A DNA stretch of 64,000 nucleotides from Squalus acanthias. Taxonomy: Eukaryota. The DNA lies in assembly GCA_030390025.1 (NCBI GenBank), contig JASTWF010000029.1:3844001-3908000 (forward strand), in the 5' to 3' direction. Both the position numbers and the translations under genes were made by a program. The notes below the pieces were generated by a model. It made no database searches. It was not told the DNA's origin and saw only the letters and a program-made list of their open reading frames with translations. Below, piece after piece: positions 1-12,500 of this stretch; the stretch's first letter is position 1, and every line of letters begins with the position of its first letter.

Positions 1-585
1 AACACTTCTTAGACCACAGCTAGAGCATTGCTTACAGTTCTGGTCGCCCCATTACAGGAAAGATGTGATTTCACCAGAGAGGGTACAGAGAAGATTTTCG
101 AGGATGTTGCCAGGACTGGAGAATTTTAGGTGTGAGGAAAGATTGGATAAGCTGGGATTGTTTTCTTTGGAACAAAGGAGTCTGAGGGGAGATGTAATTG
201 AAGTGTACAAAATTATAAAGGGCCAAGATAGAATGGAAAGGAAGAACACATTTCCCTTCGCAGAGTGGTCAATAACCAAGGGGCATAGATGTTTAGTAAT
301 TGGTAGGAGAATTAGAGGGGAGTTACGGTGAGGTTTTTTCACCCAGAGGGCGGTGGAGGTCTGGAACTCACTGCCTGAAAGTTGGTAGAGGCAGAAACCC
401 TCACCGTATTTAAATAAAAAGTGCATGGATAGGCACTTGACGTGCCTTAACCTACAAACCACCGGGCCAAGAGCTGAAAAGTGAGATTAGGTTGTACAGA
501 TCGTTTTCGACTTGTGCAGACGCGTTGGGCCGTATGTCCTGCTTCTGTGCCGTAAATGTATATGATTCTATGAGTGTATGATTCT
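1..585 (+). mobile_element. CR1 LINE 3' end (RT C-terminus and 3' UTR)
   Basis: ORF 65-331 reads ERVQRRFSRMLPGL...LGLFSLEQRSLRGDVIEVYKI, the typical CR1 ORF2 C-terminus. It ends in a TATGATTCTATG-type microsatellite tail. Confidence 0.9.
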
Positions 586-1000
586 CTTGTCCACTACTTT
601 AGTCAACTCTTCAAAAAATTCAACCAGTTTTGTCAGCATGACGGACACTTTACAAATCCATGCTGCCTCTCTTTGATCAGATGAAAAACTTGAAGTTGTT
701 GAGTCACTCAATCCTTAATTATAGACTGCAGTAATTTATCGATAATGTATGCTATGCTAACTGGCCTAAAATTCCATACATTCCCATTCTCACCTTTCTC
801 AAATAGTGGAGTGACACATGCAATTCTCCAATCTAAAAGAACGCTTCCTGAACCGAGAGAATGTTGGAAGATCATAGTTAGGGTATCTGCAATGTTCTCA
901 CCTACTTCGTTAAAAACCCTGGGATGAAAACCATCTGATCCTGGAGATTTGCCACTCTTTCGTGCCATTATTTTCTTCATTACTGTTATTTTGCTTTGTT
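586..1000 (-). mobile_element. CR1 LINE RT fragment
   Basis: ORF 708-980(-) reads KSPGSDGFHPRV...WRIACVTPLFEKG...FRPVS. Confidence 0.85.
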
Positions 1001-1225
1001 TGCCATGTCAATTCAGACACTTTTTAAAATGTGTATACAATCACATTCAAAAATCCTCCAGCCACCTGAGCAGCTACTGCAATCCATTTTACTGGAGCTC
1101 ATATTCCAGCTCTTTGCACGATTACAGATTTGTTCTTGGCTGAGATAGTTCATTCTTCAGTTGAAAGGATGCATCGCTTAGCGTCAGACCACCAGTCCCA
1201 CTGAAATGGAGTCAGAAAAAATTCC

Positions 1226-1415
1226 AAAAGCAAAACGCTGCGAAGGCTGGAAATCTGATGTACAAACACAAAATACTGGAAATAGTCAGCAGGTCAGCCA
1301 GCATCAGTGGAGAGAGAAAAACAGAGTTAACCTTTCAGGTCGATGCCCTTTCGTTTGAACTCTGTTTCTTTCTCCACAAATGCTGCCTGACCTGCTGAGT
1401 ATTTCCAGCATTTTC
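1226..1415. repeat. Palindromic Penelope-derived repeat with a decayed hammerhead-like centre
   Basis: Arms at ~1273-1329 and ~1358-1412 are imperfect reverse complements. The same family recurs at ~25820-25905, ~43243-43325 and ~47735-47850. Confidence 0.65.
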
Positions 1416-1486
1416 AGAAAAGATTCCCGTGTGTGTGAATGGAGGGACAGCTGGATAAATCAGAATCCCCTCACTACAGTGGATGT

Positions 1487-1545
1487 GGTTTGCATGGTTT
1501 AATGGAGAGCACCCTGGACATTGAATCCAGTAATTCGATTTCTCG
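1487..1545 (+). pseudogene. Degenerate tRNA-Gln-like sequence heading a ~300-bp repeat (copy 1)
   Basis: GGTTTGCATGGTTTAATGGAGAGCACCCTGGACATTGAATCCAGTAATTCGATT resembles vertebrate tRNA-Gln (GGTTCCATGGTGTAATGGTNAGCACTCTGGACTTTGAATCCAG...). The 3' half is broken. Confidence 0.6.
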
Positions 1546-1789
1546 TTGTCTCATCTATTGGAAAATTTGGGACAAAGAAGGATAATGCACCTGGAAGACA
1601 ATCGCTGCTTTGGGCAATTTGCTGCCTAAATCAATGAGGATTGTTCTCCTTGTATATATCTCAAATCATAAGCTCAGCCTGTCTTTCCCTATTCCAAAGC
1701 AGCGGGAGAGAAAATTGTTTGTTTTCCAAAGCATCGTTAGACTGCACAACAGATTGGTGTTTGCGTAACTTTTCTTTGCAATCTGCAGT

Positions 1790-2590
1790 CAGCAGGCAAA
1801 TGTGTAGACATTCAAAGATATATTAATAGATTAAGCAAATGGCAATAGTGTGACAAAGGTATTTCAATGCAGGCAGACGTCTGGTCATCCACCTTGGACC
1901 TAAAAAGCAAGAGAAGATTATTTTCTAAATGTTAAAAACCTAGTGACAGTGGACGCGCAATTATACTTGGGATTCCATGTACATTGATCATTAAAATGTC
2001 ATGAAATGGTACAGAAAATAATCAAAGTGGCTGATGGAATGCCGGCCTTTATATCTAGAGGACTAGAATAAAAGGGGAAGAATTTATGATACAGCTGTAC
2101 AAAGCACTGGTTAGCTTACTCCTCGAATACGGTGAGCAGTTCTGACCAGCACACCTCAGGAAAGATATTTTGGCCTTGAAGGGAGTGCAGCATAGCTTTA
2201 TCAGAATGATGCCTGGACTCCAAGTGTTAAATTCCGAGGACAGATTACAGAACTAGAGTTGTATTATCTGGAATTTCGAACGTTACGGGGTGATTTGATC
2301 GAAGTTATCAAAATATTAAGGGGAACTGATAGGGTAGATAGAGATAAACTATTTACGTTGGTTAGAGAGACAAGGACTAGGGGACAATATCTAAACATTA
2401 GAGCCAAAATTAGGTCAATTGTTAATTTTAACTGTGGGATTGATAGATTTTTGTTAACCAAATATATTAAGGGACATGCGGCAAAGGCGGGAATATGGAG
2501 TTATGTCACAGAGCAGCCATGATCTCATTGAATGACGGAACAAGCTCGAGGGGTTAAATGGCCTACTCTTGTTCCTTTGTTCCTATGTAT
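1790..2590 (+). mobile_element. CR1 LINE 3' fragment
   Basis: ORF 2259-2522 contains LRGDLIEVIKIL. A CR1 3' UTR follows (...GAGGGGTTAAATGGCCTACTCTTGTTCC). Confidence 0.85.
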
Positions 2591-3329
2591 CAGCCTGGAT
2601 ACCCATATCTCCTTTTTGTTAGACAGGCGTGGAAATCACGAGGATAGAGGGTTTGAACAATTTCACTGTGCTCACACGGATCAGTGGGCATGTTAGAAAC
2701 AGCGAATGCAGGGAATAGCTGTGGATAATGTTTCCGTGTCTCTGGCTAACGATACCTATCCACCTTTGCATTTCATCATCCAGGGATTGGATGAGTGCCA
2801 AGTAACCATCCAGCCCAAGACTTCGCCATCAGCCATCAAACTGGTGCAGGCGGCAGCTGAGCCATCTCCTGCACCGAGTTAACCCAGCTTAATGATCACC
2901 GCTATCTCAGTGTCTTTGACTCAGACACAACATCCAGCACCTTCCCAAACTATAGCCGCCGGGAGCCCAGTTTAGGTCACTACATGAGGGAGTTCATCGC
3001 AAGAGTCAGATACCAAGGTAAACCCTGGGAAAGTGAACATAATCAGGAGAGGAAAATGAAGATTTGCGTGCGAATATCTGGCTGCATTTCCTTAGCATTG
3101 CCCCCAGAGGGTGTTACTGTAATGACCTTTTACATCAGACTGAGGAGAAATGAATAGTGTGGTTGGCATTTACGGACATTCGAACAATGTGGGAGAGGTA
3201 AAGACCTTTGGTACACCCAGCCTTTCCTACACAATTGTGATACTTTGTGTGTCACAATATATACACTTCCCACACCACTAAAAGATCAAGTGGTCTCCTG
3301 GGAGAGCCAAAATACCAGATAAACACCCA

Positions 3330-4000
3330 GGTATTTTGGGGGAAATGTCTAGGAAAATCCTCACCGACAAATCAAAACTAGTCCAGGAGATCTATCTGGC
3401 CCTGCATTCCTGCAGTACCTACCTTCCGTATGAGGGGATGTCTGTTCCTTCCAGAAACAGGTCCAGATCTCGCTTGAGGGAACTCAGACAATGGGCGTTC
3501 ACCGCACGAGATGGCAGCCTGTTCCTGAGGTCTATTGTCTGGGAAAATAATCTCCTCCTCCTGACATCTAACCTAGATCTGGCCATACTCAACTTAAAAT
3601 TATGAACCCTGGTACTCCCTAACCTATTAAATTAGAACAAACTTTCAATAGGAACACAACCTATTCCCTTCATAATATTAAAAACCTCAATCTGATCACC
3701 CAGAAGTCCACGCTTCTCTAAAGTGTAGATGTCCAATTAATTTAGCCTATCTTGATAACTCAGATACTTTATACTAGGAATAAGTCTAGTGGCCCACCTC
3801 TGCACCCTTTCCAACGTCTCAACAGCACCCAACATGTGAGGAGATCAAAACTGGAGACAGTATTCCAAGTAAGGCCCAACTAAAGTCTAGTACAAGGTCA
3901 AAATAGTCTAAAATCAGTTGTCCTTTGAATGCACCCCAAAACGTTTTATCCTCTAGCTACCGCTTCACGGCATTGCTCATGAACCTTTAGAGATCGTTGC
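3330..4000 (-). mobile_element. CR1 LINE 3' fragment (same family as 30850-31700, 33200-34220, 52220-52950)
   Basis: The reverse strand encodes a decayed RT C-terminus. It shares GACATCTAACCTAGATCTGGCC and the 3' UTR with the other copies. Confidence 0.75.
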
Positions 4001-4209
4001 ACAGAAGATGTTGATTCAGTGATCGTGGCAGGCCGTTTGGTAAGGAGGATTTTGGAAGTTACATCCAGATTACCTTGCAGCGCGTGCCTCCCTGGTGACG
4101 TGTTATCCCCACATACATCGCTCTTCCCACATAGAGTGCTAGAAGCTCTCAGAATGTAAGTTAGAACAAAGAATACAGAGGCATGTCACTTTAAACAGCG
4201 TTTACTTAA

Positions 4210-4430
4210 AGAAATATCGGATGTGGGCATCGCTGGCAAAGATGGAATTTATTGCAATCCCGAGTTGCCCTTAAGATGGTGCTGGTGGGTCTTCTTCTAA
4301 GATTTGACACAACTGAATCTCTTTTTAGGGCACTTCTGAGGGAGTTAAAAGTCAACCTCGCTGGTGTGGTGTTGGAGTCACATATAGGCCCAAACGGGGT
4401 AAGGACCGCCGGTGTCCGTTCCTGAATTAG
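4210..4430 (-). mobile_element. LINE 3'-end-like interspersed repeat fragment
   Basis: GATGTGGGCATCGCTGGC...ATTTATTGC...GGAGTCACATATAGGCC resembles a common elasmobranch LINE 3' region (from recall). Confidence 0.4.
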
Positions 4431-4906
4431 TGTGAGAATCAACTGGGGAGCAGAAACTGTCTGAAATGGTATCGAGGACGCAATGAAGACAATAATTCCT
4501 TATTTAAGTAATGAATCTCCAGCCTGCTGATGGGATCTTCAAAGGATCATCGTAAAGCCCAGCGAAAACCGAGTACGGGTCGGAATGGGCGAGCGGCAGG
4601 AAGACGTTCTTCTCACCCAATTTCCGCAACACGTGGTTTGCGTCCGTTTCGAGGATTTAAAGGAGACCAAAACCGATCGCTAAAGTTTCAAAAAAAGGTC
4701 ATGTATGAGTGCTCCAGGAAAGATATTGTCCCCAGGGAAATCCTAGAAAAAAGCTGATTTTGTCTGATTGGATGTAGTGACCTGAATGACATGGGCGGGG
4801 AGACGGGCGAGAAATCTAAGAAGCAAAGGATCAGTTGTAAGGAGAATGTGTAACGGAGATTAGTGTTGTTGAGACTTTGATGATTGTTTTTTCTTGTTTC
4901 TTACAG

Positions 4907-5805
4907 TGAACTTGGTGACGATTTTGATTCTATCCCAGAGGAAGTGCGGGCTCTCGAGATGCATCACTCTCTACTTGGTGGCCATGGCAGCGGCGGATCT
5001 GATGGTGGTCATTACCGACGTGATTTTGAATCACATTGCTCAATATTACTTCCCAGATTCTTCCCTGCGCATCACCCCTGTGTGCAGTAGTATCATTGTC
5101 GTGCTCTGTGCAGCGAGGGAGAGTTCTGTCTGGCTAACCGTCGCCTTCACTTTTGATCGGCTCATAGCCATTTGTTATCAGAAACTGAAAGCAGGATATT
5201 GCATTCCGATAACGGCTACTTCGGTGATTGTAGCAGTGTGTCTACTGTCCTGTTTGAAGAACATTCCCTGGTATTTTTCATTTGAACCTGTCTATATCAT
5301 TGACAACGTGCCATGGTTCTGCCAATCAAAGCCCGTGTTTTACACGTTACCTGCCTGGATTGGATATGCTTGGCTCCACCGAATCCTCACCCCATTCTTG
5401 CCTTTTTTCTTCCTTTTGCTCTTTAATGCTCTGATCGTCAGACACATTGTAGTGGCTAATAGAGTTCGCAGGGGGCTTCTCTCCAATCACGGCGGGGCTC
5501 AGGTCGATCCAGAAGTGGAGAACCGAAGAAAATCCATGATTTTAATCTTCGCCATATCGGGCAGCTTCATCGTGTTATGGATGCCTTATGTCATTAATTT
5601 CTTGAATTATCGAATCAATAAAACTTATTATTACACAAGTCATTCTGATCCTGGATATATCCTACAACAGACAGCGTATATGTTTCAGCTTTCGAGCGCC
5701 TGTACCAACACCTGTATCTATGTGGTAACTCAGTCAAAATTCAGAGAGGAGTTGAAAAATATTGTCAGAACTCCGTTTACTCTAGTTGTTAAGTTACTCA
5801 AATAA
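4907..5805 (+). CDS. GPR139/GPR142-like class A GPCR, copy 1, exon 2 (mid-TM1 to stop); exon 1 not found in window
   Basis: Acceptor TTTTTTCTTGTTTCTTACAG|TG at 4906/4907 in phase 1, then an open frame. Motifs: VNLVTILIL (TM1), YLVAMAAADL (TM2), SVWLTVAFTFDRL (TM3), PWFC (ECL2), LWMPY (TM6), TNTCIY (TM7), SKFREEL (helix 8). Confidence 0.9.
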
Positions 5806-6934
5806 ACACAACTGATGTCACTTGAGAACTAACTTGCTCGCGTTTCTCGTCAATTACATTCGTCACTCAGCGATGTCAATCAGAGCAAGTCATCATACCA
5901 ACCGCAAACTCTGGCCCATAGTCTGTGAATTGCCACGCATATATGGATTGCTCTGAGATTATACTAATCAGCATCAACACGTCTCATCTCACGTATATTG
6001 CCACGACACAGACACATTCAGTAATAACTTCAGATGCACTTGCACAACAGATCCCAAGCCTTCAGGAGATAAGCATAAACAAACAGAAGATAATTCCCAA
6101 ATATATTATTGAACTCCACAACAAACCCATCACTAAATTTCATGTGGAAGTTCGGGTAATGAGAATGAAACTATAATGGAAATTCAGATTCAGTAAAAAT
6201 ATTTTGCAGGTTGTCAACCTGCCACTGAGCGCAACAGGTGCTCTGGACAGATTTAGGGGTAATGGAATTCTGCATTGCTTCAACAAACCTGGGCAAGTTT
6301 GGGATATTTTTTTCAAACAATTTGCCGCATTCACATTATATCACAAGACTGATCATTGCGGCACTGGCAGTAAAGAATCCCATGAATGGAGTTTGCATCA
6401 CCCCAGCCAATTATTCAGTGTTATGGGGTGGGGAATCCGGGAGTCAGATCTCTGACTTACTCAAAAACCACTTATAATTCCACAATAAGTTGAAAAGCAA
6501 CTTGTGAGGAAACGGATCCCTTTTGCGATATTCTGTATAATTTCAAACTACAAATGGATCATTCGCTCAAGTCGTAGAGTGAGTGCAGCTAATAACCTCA
6601 CTCAGATATGCGGTCCAAAAACGATTTTGCTCTTATAGAATGTTAATTCTTTCAGCAATATCCCGCCTCATTCATTTTGCCCAAAGTTGAGATGCACCAG
6701 GATTCCTGAGTACTCTTTTCACACGTAGGTGCTCATAATAGTAAGCAAGGTTAGATAGTAGTAAGGCAGAATACTTACCGATAGATGAGGTAATCATGGG
6801 GTAATCAGGCCCAATGCCAACTCTCGTCAGCAAAGGCTGTGACACTCGGAAATCTTCTGGGAAAGAAGCGAGAATGAGTGAATGAGTGGTCAGACGCCAA
6901 ATCGCCTGATGCACATGTGATCAGGGTCTGGCAA

Positions 6935-7345
6935 CGCCTCGCTTTTAATGATCTCATCATTGTTTTCAAATCCCTTCATGGCCACGCCGCTCCCTATCTC
7001 TGTAACCTCCACCAGCCCTACAATCCCCCGAGAAATCTGCGCTCTTCCAATTCTGGGCCCATTCACAACACCGATTTCAGTCGCTCCACCATTGGCGGCC
7101 GTGCATTCAGCTGCCCAGGTGCTTAGATCTATATTTCCCTTCCTAAACCTCTCCGCCTCTCTGCCACTCGTTCCTCCTTTAAGACGCTCTTTAAAACCTA
7201 CCACTTTGACCATGCTTTGGTCACCTGTCCTTGTATCTCCTTATGCGGCTCAATTTCAAATGTTGATTGTTAATCGCTCCTGTGAAGCGCCTTGGGACGT
7301 TTTACTACGTTAAAGGCGCAATTCAAATGCAAGTTGTTGTTGTTT
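6935..7345 (+). mobile_element. L2 LINE 3' end
   Basis: Peptide IVFKSLHGHAAPYL...RNLRSS...TIGGRAFS, followed by the tail TGTGAAGCGCCTTGGGACGTT...AAATGCAAGTTGTTGTTG. Confidence 0.85.
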
Positions 7346-7434
7346 CCTATATGAAAGGAAATACCTTTTAAAATGTGTAAACAGGTCCATTCTTGAGTAT
7401 AACATTCAAGTATCCCCCAGTCACCTGTGCGGTA

Positions 7435-7510
7435 GGCTCCATGGTGTAATGGTGAGCAATGCGGTCTTTGTATTCCAAGGAATCCCAGTTCTAAATCTCG
7501 TGCTGGAACG
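7435..7510 (+). pseudogene. tRNA-Gln(TTG)-like pseudogene or SINE head (copy 2)
   Basis: GGCTCCATGGTGTAATGGTGAGCAATGCGGTCTTTGTATTCCAAGGAATCCCAGTTCTAAATCTCGTGCTGGAAC has an intact A box and a damaged anticodon arm and B box. Confidence 0.7.
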
Positions 7511-7714
7511 TGAATCATTCCTGTGCTAGACGTTGGAAAATTTGGGAAAAAATAAGTTAAAGGCCCCTGGAAGCTGGCACCTGCTGCTTCAATTTATGAT
7601 CATTGAGCTGCTTGTCTGGATTTCAAATCATAAGATCAGCCTGCCTATCCTTTCCCAAATCAGCGGAAGTGCAAGTTGAATGCTGTACTGCACGACAGAA
7701 TGGTGTTGGCTGAG

Positions 7715-8690
7715 ATTACATTGAGTTCACAGCAATGAAGAAGGCCATTAGGCACAACTGGTCTGTGCCCTCATTTCTGCTCCACACGAGCCTCCACTTC
7801 TTCTTTTAACAAGATCAACATATCCTTCTATTACTTTCTGTCTCATGTGTTTATCGAGCTACCCCCTAAATGCATGCATGCTATTTGCCTCACCTAATCA
7901 TTGAGGGAGAGGGTTCCTCATTCTCACCACTCTCTGCGAAAACAACTTTCTCCTGATTTCTCTGTTGGAAAAAATAGTGAATATTTTTTAGGGCATCTAG
8001 TTCTGGACTCCCCTACAAGTGGAAACACTTTCTCTACGTCTAACCCATCAAACCCTTTCATTATTTTAACGACCTGTTTCAGATCTATTGTCAGAGAAAA
8101 TGGCACCAGCCAATTCATCTTTTGCTGATAAGTATATCCACTCAGATCTGGTATCATCCTTGCAAATATTTTTTGCATCTGCGCCAATGCTTCTATCTAC
8201 TTGTTATAAAATGGAAAATATAACTGCAAGTGTGTTCTAACCAATGTTCTAGGCAAATACAACATAACTTCTCTGCTCATCAATTCCATCCCGCTAGAAA
8301 TGAACCCCAGTGCTTGCTTTGCTTTTTTTTGCAGACATATTAATCCGTTTCACTACTTTTACTGATTTGTGAATGTGTACACCGAGATCGCTTTGCTTCT
8401 CTACACTATTAAGAAATATATTTTGCAAGCAATATGTGGCCTCTTTATTCTTCCTACCAAAAATGTACCACCTGACACTGATCGATACAGAAATTAATTT
8501 GCCAATTACACGCCCACTCTGCAAGTTTATTAATGTATTCTTCTATTTCGTCACATTGTTCCTTTGTGGTAATTAAACTCCCCAATTTGGTGTCGTCCAC
8601 AAATATTGAAATTGTACACCGATTCCTATGTCCAGATTGTTAAAGTAAATTGCGAACAACAGTGGTCCCAGCACCAATCCTTGTGGAACT
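7715..8690 (-). mobile_element. CR1 LINE 3' fragment
   Basis: ORFs 7924-8187(-) and 8294-8524(-) are decayed RT C-terminus. Confidence 0.85.
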
Positions 8691-8694
8691 GCTT

Positions 8695-9570
8695 GGAAGG
8701 CACTATAGACCTCCAAACAGTCAGAGGGAGATAGAAGAGCAAATAAGTAGGTAAATTTCTGAGACGAGCCAAAATAGGGCAGTGATTGTAGGGAATTTTA
8801 ACTTCCCTAATATTAACCGGGAAAACATTAGTGTGAAAGATATAGAGGGAGCAGAATTCTTAAAATGCATTCAGAAGAACTTTTTTAACTAGTGCGTAGC
8901 AAGCCCAACAAGAGAGGGGGCGGTTCTGGATCTAGTTTTAGGGAATCAAGCTGGGAAGGTAGGAAGGTAATCAGTAGGAGAACATATTGGTGGTAATGAT
9001 CATAATTAAGTTAGATTTAGCGTAGTTATGGAAAAGGGCAAGGATAGGCCAGGAATAAATGTTCTCAATTGGGGAAAAGATAATTTTACTATGCTGAGAT
9101 GCGATTTAGCCAAAGTGGACTGGAGACAGAAACTTGAAAGTAAATGTCAACGCAGTGGGATACATTAAAGGAGGAGTTAGTGAGGGTTCGGTGAAAGTGC
9201 GTTCCCTTAAAAAAAAGGTTAGGACTAACAAATTTAGAGCTCCCTGGATGTCAAGGGGCATACAGGGTAGGTAAAAGAATAAAATGGAAGCTTATGACAG
9301 ATAGCGGGGGCTCAGAACTGCAGAAAACCTAGAGGGGTATAGAAAGTGCAGGGGGGAAACAAAAAGGAAATTAGGAAAGCAAAGAGAGAGCATGAAAAAA
9401 TATTGGCAAGTAAAATCAAGGAAACCCCAAACATGTTTTATAAATACATTAAGAGCAAGAGGATAATTAAAGTCAGAGTAAGGCCTATTAGGGGCCAAAA
9501 AGGTAATCTATGTGTGGATTTGGCAGGCATGGGAAAGGTTCTTAATGAATACTTTGCGTCTGCTTTCAGA
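8695..9570 (+). mobile_element. Older CR1 ORF2, 5' part (continues at 13540)
   Basis: YRPPNS and GNFNFP endonuclease motifs. It breaks at LNEYFASAF, and collinear ORF2 sequence resumes at ~13540. Confidence 0.8.
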
Positions 9571-9571
9571 A

Positions 9572-12500
9572 AACTTCCTGTGTCCCTGACAATCATGTGT
9601 GCAGGAGGTGTATCCAGCTGCAGCTACTGACAGACCGCATTGCGGCGCTGGAGCTGCGGATGGATGCATCCTGGAGCATTCGCGATGCTGAGAACATCGT
9701 GGATATCACGTTTAGGGAGTTGTTCACACCGCAGGTAAAGGGTGTACAGGCAGGAAGGGAATGGTTGACCACTAGGCAGAGTAATAGGCGCAGGCAGGTA
9801 GTGCAGGGGTCCCCTGTGGCCATCCCCCTCTCAAACAGATATACCGCTTTGGATATTGTTGAGGGAGATGGCTTATCAGGGGAAGACAGCAGCAGCCAAC
9901 TTCCTAGCACCATAGGTGGTTCTGCTGCACAGGATGGGAGGAAAAAGAGTGGGAGAGCTATCATGATAGGGGATTCTATTGTAAGGGGAAAAATAGGCGT
10001 TTCTGCGGCAGCAAACGAGACTCCAGGATGGAATGTTGCCTCCCTGGTGCAAGGGTCAAGGATGTCTAAGAGCGGCTACAGAATATTTTTGGAAGGGGAG
10101 GGTGAACAGCCAGTTGTCTTGGTACATATAGGTACCAAAGATATAGGTAAAAAACGGGATGAGGTCCTAAAAGCAGAATATAGGGAGTTAGGATGTAAAT
10201 TAAAAAATAGGACCTCAAAGGTGGTAATCTCAGGATTGCTACCAGTGCCACATGCTATTCAGAGTAGAAATAGAAGGATATTTCAAATAAATACGTGGCT
10301 AGAGGAATGGTACAAGGGAGAGGGATTCAAATTCCTGGGGCATTGGAAACGGTTCTGGGGGATGTGGGACCAGTACAAACCGGACGGTCTACACCTGGGC
10401 AGGGCCGGGACCGATGTGCTTGGGGGAGTGTTTGCCAGTGCTCTGTGGGAGTGTTTAAACTAAAATGGCAGGGGGTTGGGAACCAGAGCAGGGAGACAGA
10501 GGAAAGGGAAAAAAAGGATAAAAGCAAAAGATTGGAAGGAGAAAAACAAAAGTAGCAGTCAGAGAAAACAACGGTCTTAATCAAACATGGCCACAGTAAA
10601 TACTAATTCTAATAGGTCTAAGAGCGTTAAAAAAACAAGCCTGAAGGCTTTGTGTCTTAATGCAAGGAGCATTCGGAACAAGGTGGACGAATTCGCTCCG
10701 CAAATAGAGGTAAACGATATGATTTGATTGGGATTACCGAAACATGGCTCCAGGGTGGCCAAGGCTGGAAACTTAATATCCAGGGGTACTCAATATTCAG
10801 GAAAGATAGGCAAAAAGGAAAGGGAGGTGGGGTAGCATTGCTGGTTAAAGAGGGGATTAACACAATTGAAAGGAAGGATATTAGCTCTGATGATGTGGAA
10901 TCTGTATGGGTTGAACTGAGAAATAACAAGTGGCAGAAAACGTAAGTGGGAGTGATATATAGACCTCCAAACAGTAAAGCGGAGGTTGGGGATGGCATTA
11001 AAAGGGAAATTAGAGAAGCGTGCAATAAGGGCACAGCAGTCATCATGGGTGACTTTAATCTACATATAGATTGGGCTAACCAAATTAGTAACACTACTAT
11101 GGAGGAGGAATTCCTGGAGTGTTTACGGGATGGATTCCTGGACCAATATGTCGAGGAACCAACCAGAGATCAGGCCATCTTTGACTGGGTATTATGCAAT
11201 GAGAAAGGATTAATTAGCAATCTTGTTGTACGAGGCCCCTTGGGTCGGAGCGATCATAATATGATATAATTCTTTATTAGGATGGAGAGTGAAGTAGTTG
11301 ACTCAGAGACTAGGTTCCTGAATTTAAATAAAGGAAACTACGATGGTATGAGGTGCGAGTTGGGTAGGATTGATTGGGGAATGTCACTCAAAGGGTTGAC
11401 GGTGGAGAGGCAATGGCAAACATTCAAAGACAGCATGGACGAACTACAGAATGTGTTCATCCCAGTTTGGCATAAGAATAAAACAAAAAGGGTGACTCAA
11501 CCGTGGCTAACAAGGGAAATTAGGGATACTATAAGATCCAAGGAGAGGGCATATAAATTGGCCAGAAAAAGCAGCAAACCTGTGGCTTGGGAGCACTTTA
11601 AGATTCAACAAAGGAGGACAAAGGGATTAATTAAGAAGGGGAAAATAGAATACGAGAGTAAGCTTACAGTGAACATAAAAACTGATTGTGAAAGCTTTTA
11701 TATTTATGTGAAGAGAAAAAGATTAGTGAAATCAAGCATATGTCCCTTGCAGTCAGAATTAGGGGAACTTATAATGGGGAACAAAGAAATGTCAGACCAA
11801 TTAAATACATATTTTGCTTCTGTCTTCACAAAGGAGGACACAAATAACCTCCCAGAGATGTTGGGGAACATCGGGTCTGATGAAAGGGAGGAATTGAAAG
11901 AAATCAGTATTTGTTGGGAAATGGTGTTAGGGAAATTGAAGGGATTGAAGGCCGATAAATCCCCAGGGCCTGATAATATACACCCTAGGGTACTTACGGA
12001 AGTGATCCTAGAAATAGTAGATGCATTGCTGATCATCTTCCAACATTCGATGCTATCTGGAACAGTACCCATGGATTGGAGGGTTGCTAAAGTTACCCCA
12101 CTATTCAAAAAGGGTGGTAAAGAGAAAACGGGGAATTACAGACCGGTAAGCCTGACATCAGTAGTGGGGAAAATGCTAGAGTCCATTATAAAAGATGTAA
12201 TAGCTGAGCACTTGAAAAACAGTGACAGGATCGGACAAAGTCAACATGGATTTACAAAACGTAAGTCATGCTTGACTAATCTATTGGAATTTTTTGAGGA
12301 TGTAACTGGTAAAATAGATAAGGGAGAACCAGTGGATGTGGTGTATTTGGACTTCCAAAGGGCTTTTGATAAGGTACCGCAGAAGAAATTAGCGTGTAAA
12401 GTTAAGGCACATGGGATTGGGGCAAGGTATTGACTTGGATAGAGAACTGGTTGTCAAACAGAAAGCAAAGAGTTGCAATAAACGGGTCTTTTTCCGAGTG

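Noticed and set aside
2623-2975. Exon-like stretch after CTTTTTGTTAG with short open frames
   Set aside because: Frames are interrupted by stops and I recognise no protein family.
4894-4906. ORF-track starts at 4894, 28211 and 45598 as true GPCR start codons
   Set aside because: These are non-ATG codons within or just upstream of the intron's polypyrimidine tract and acceptor. The coding exon begins after the AG.
7435-7510. Functional tRNA-Gln gene
   Set aside because: The anticodon stem, T arm and acceptor stem have mismatches and insertions.
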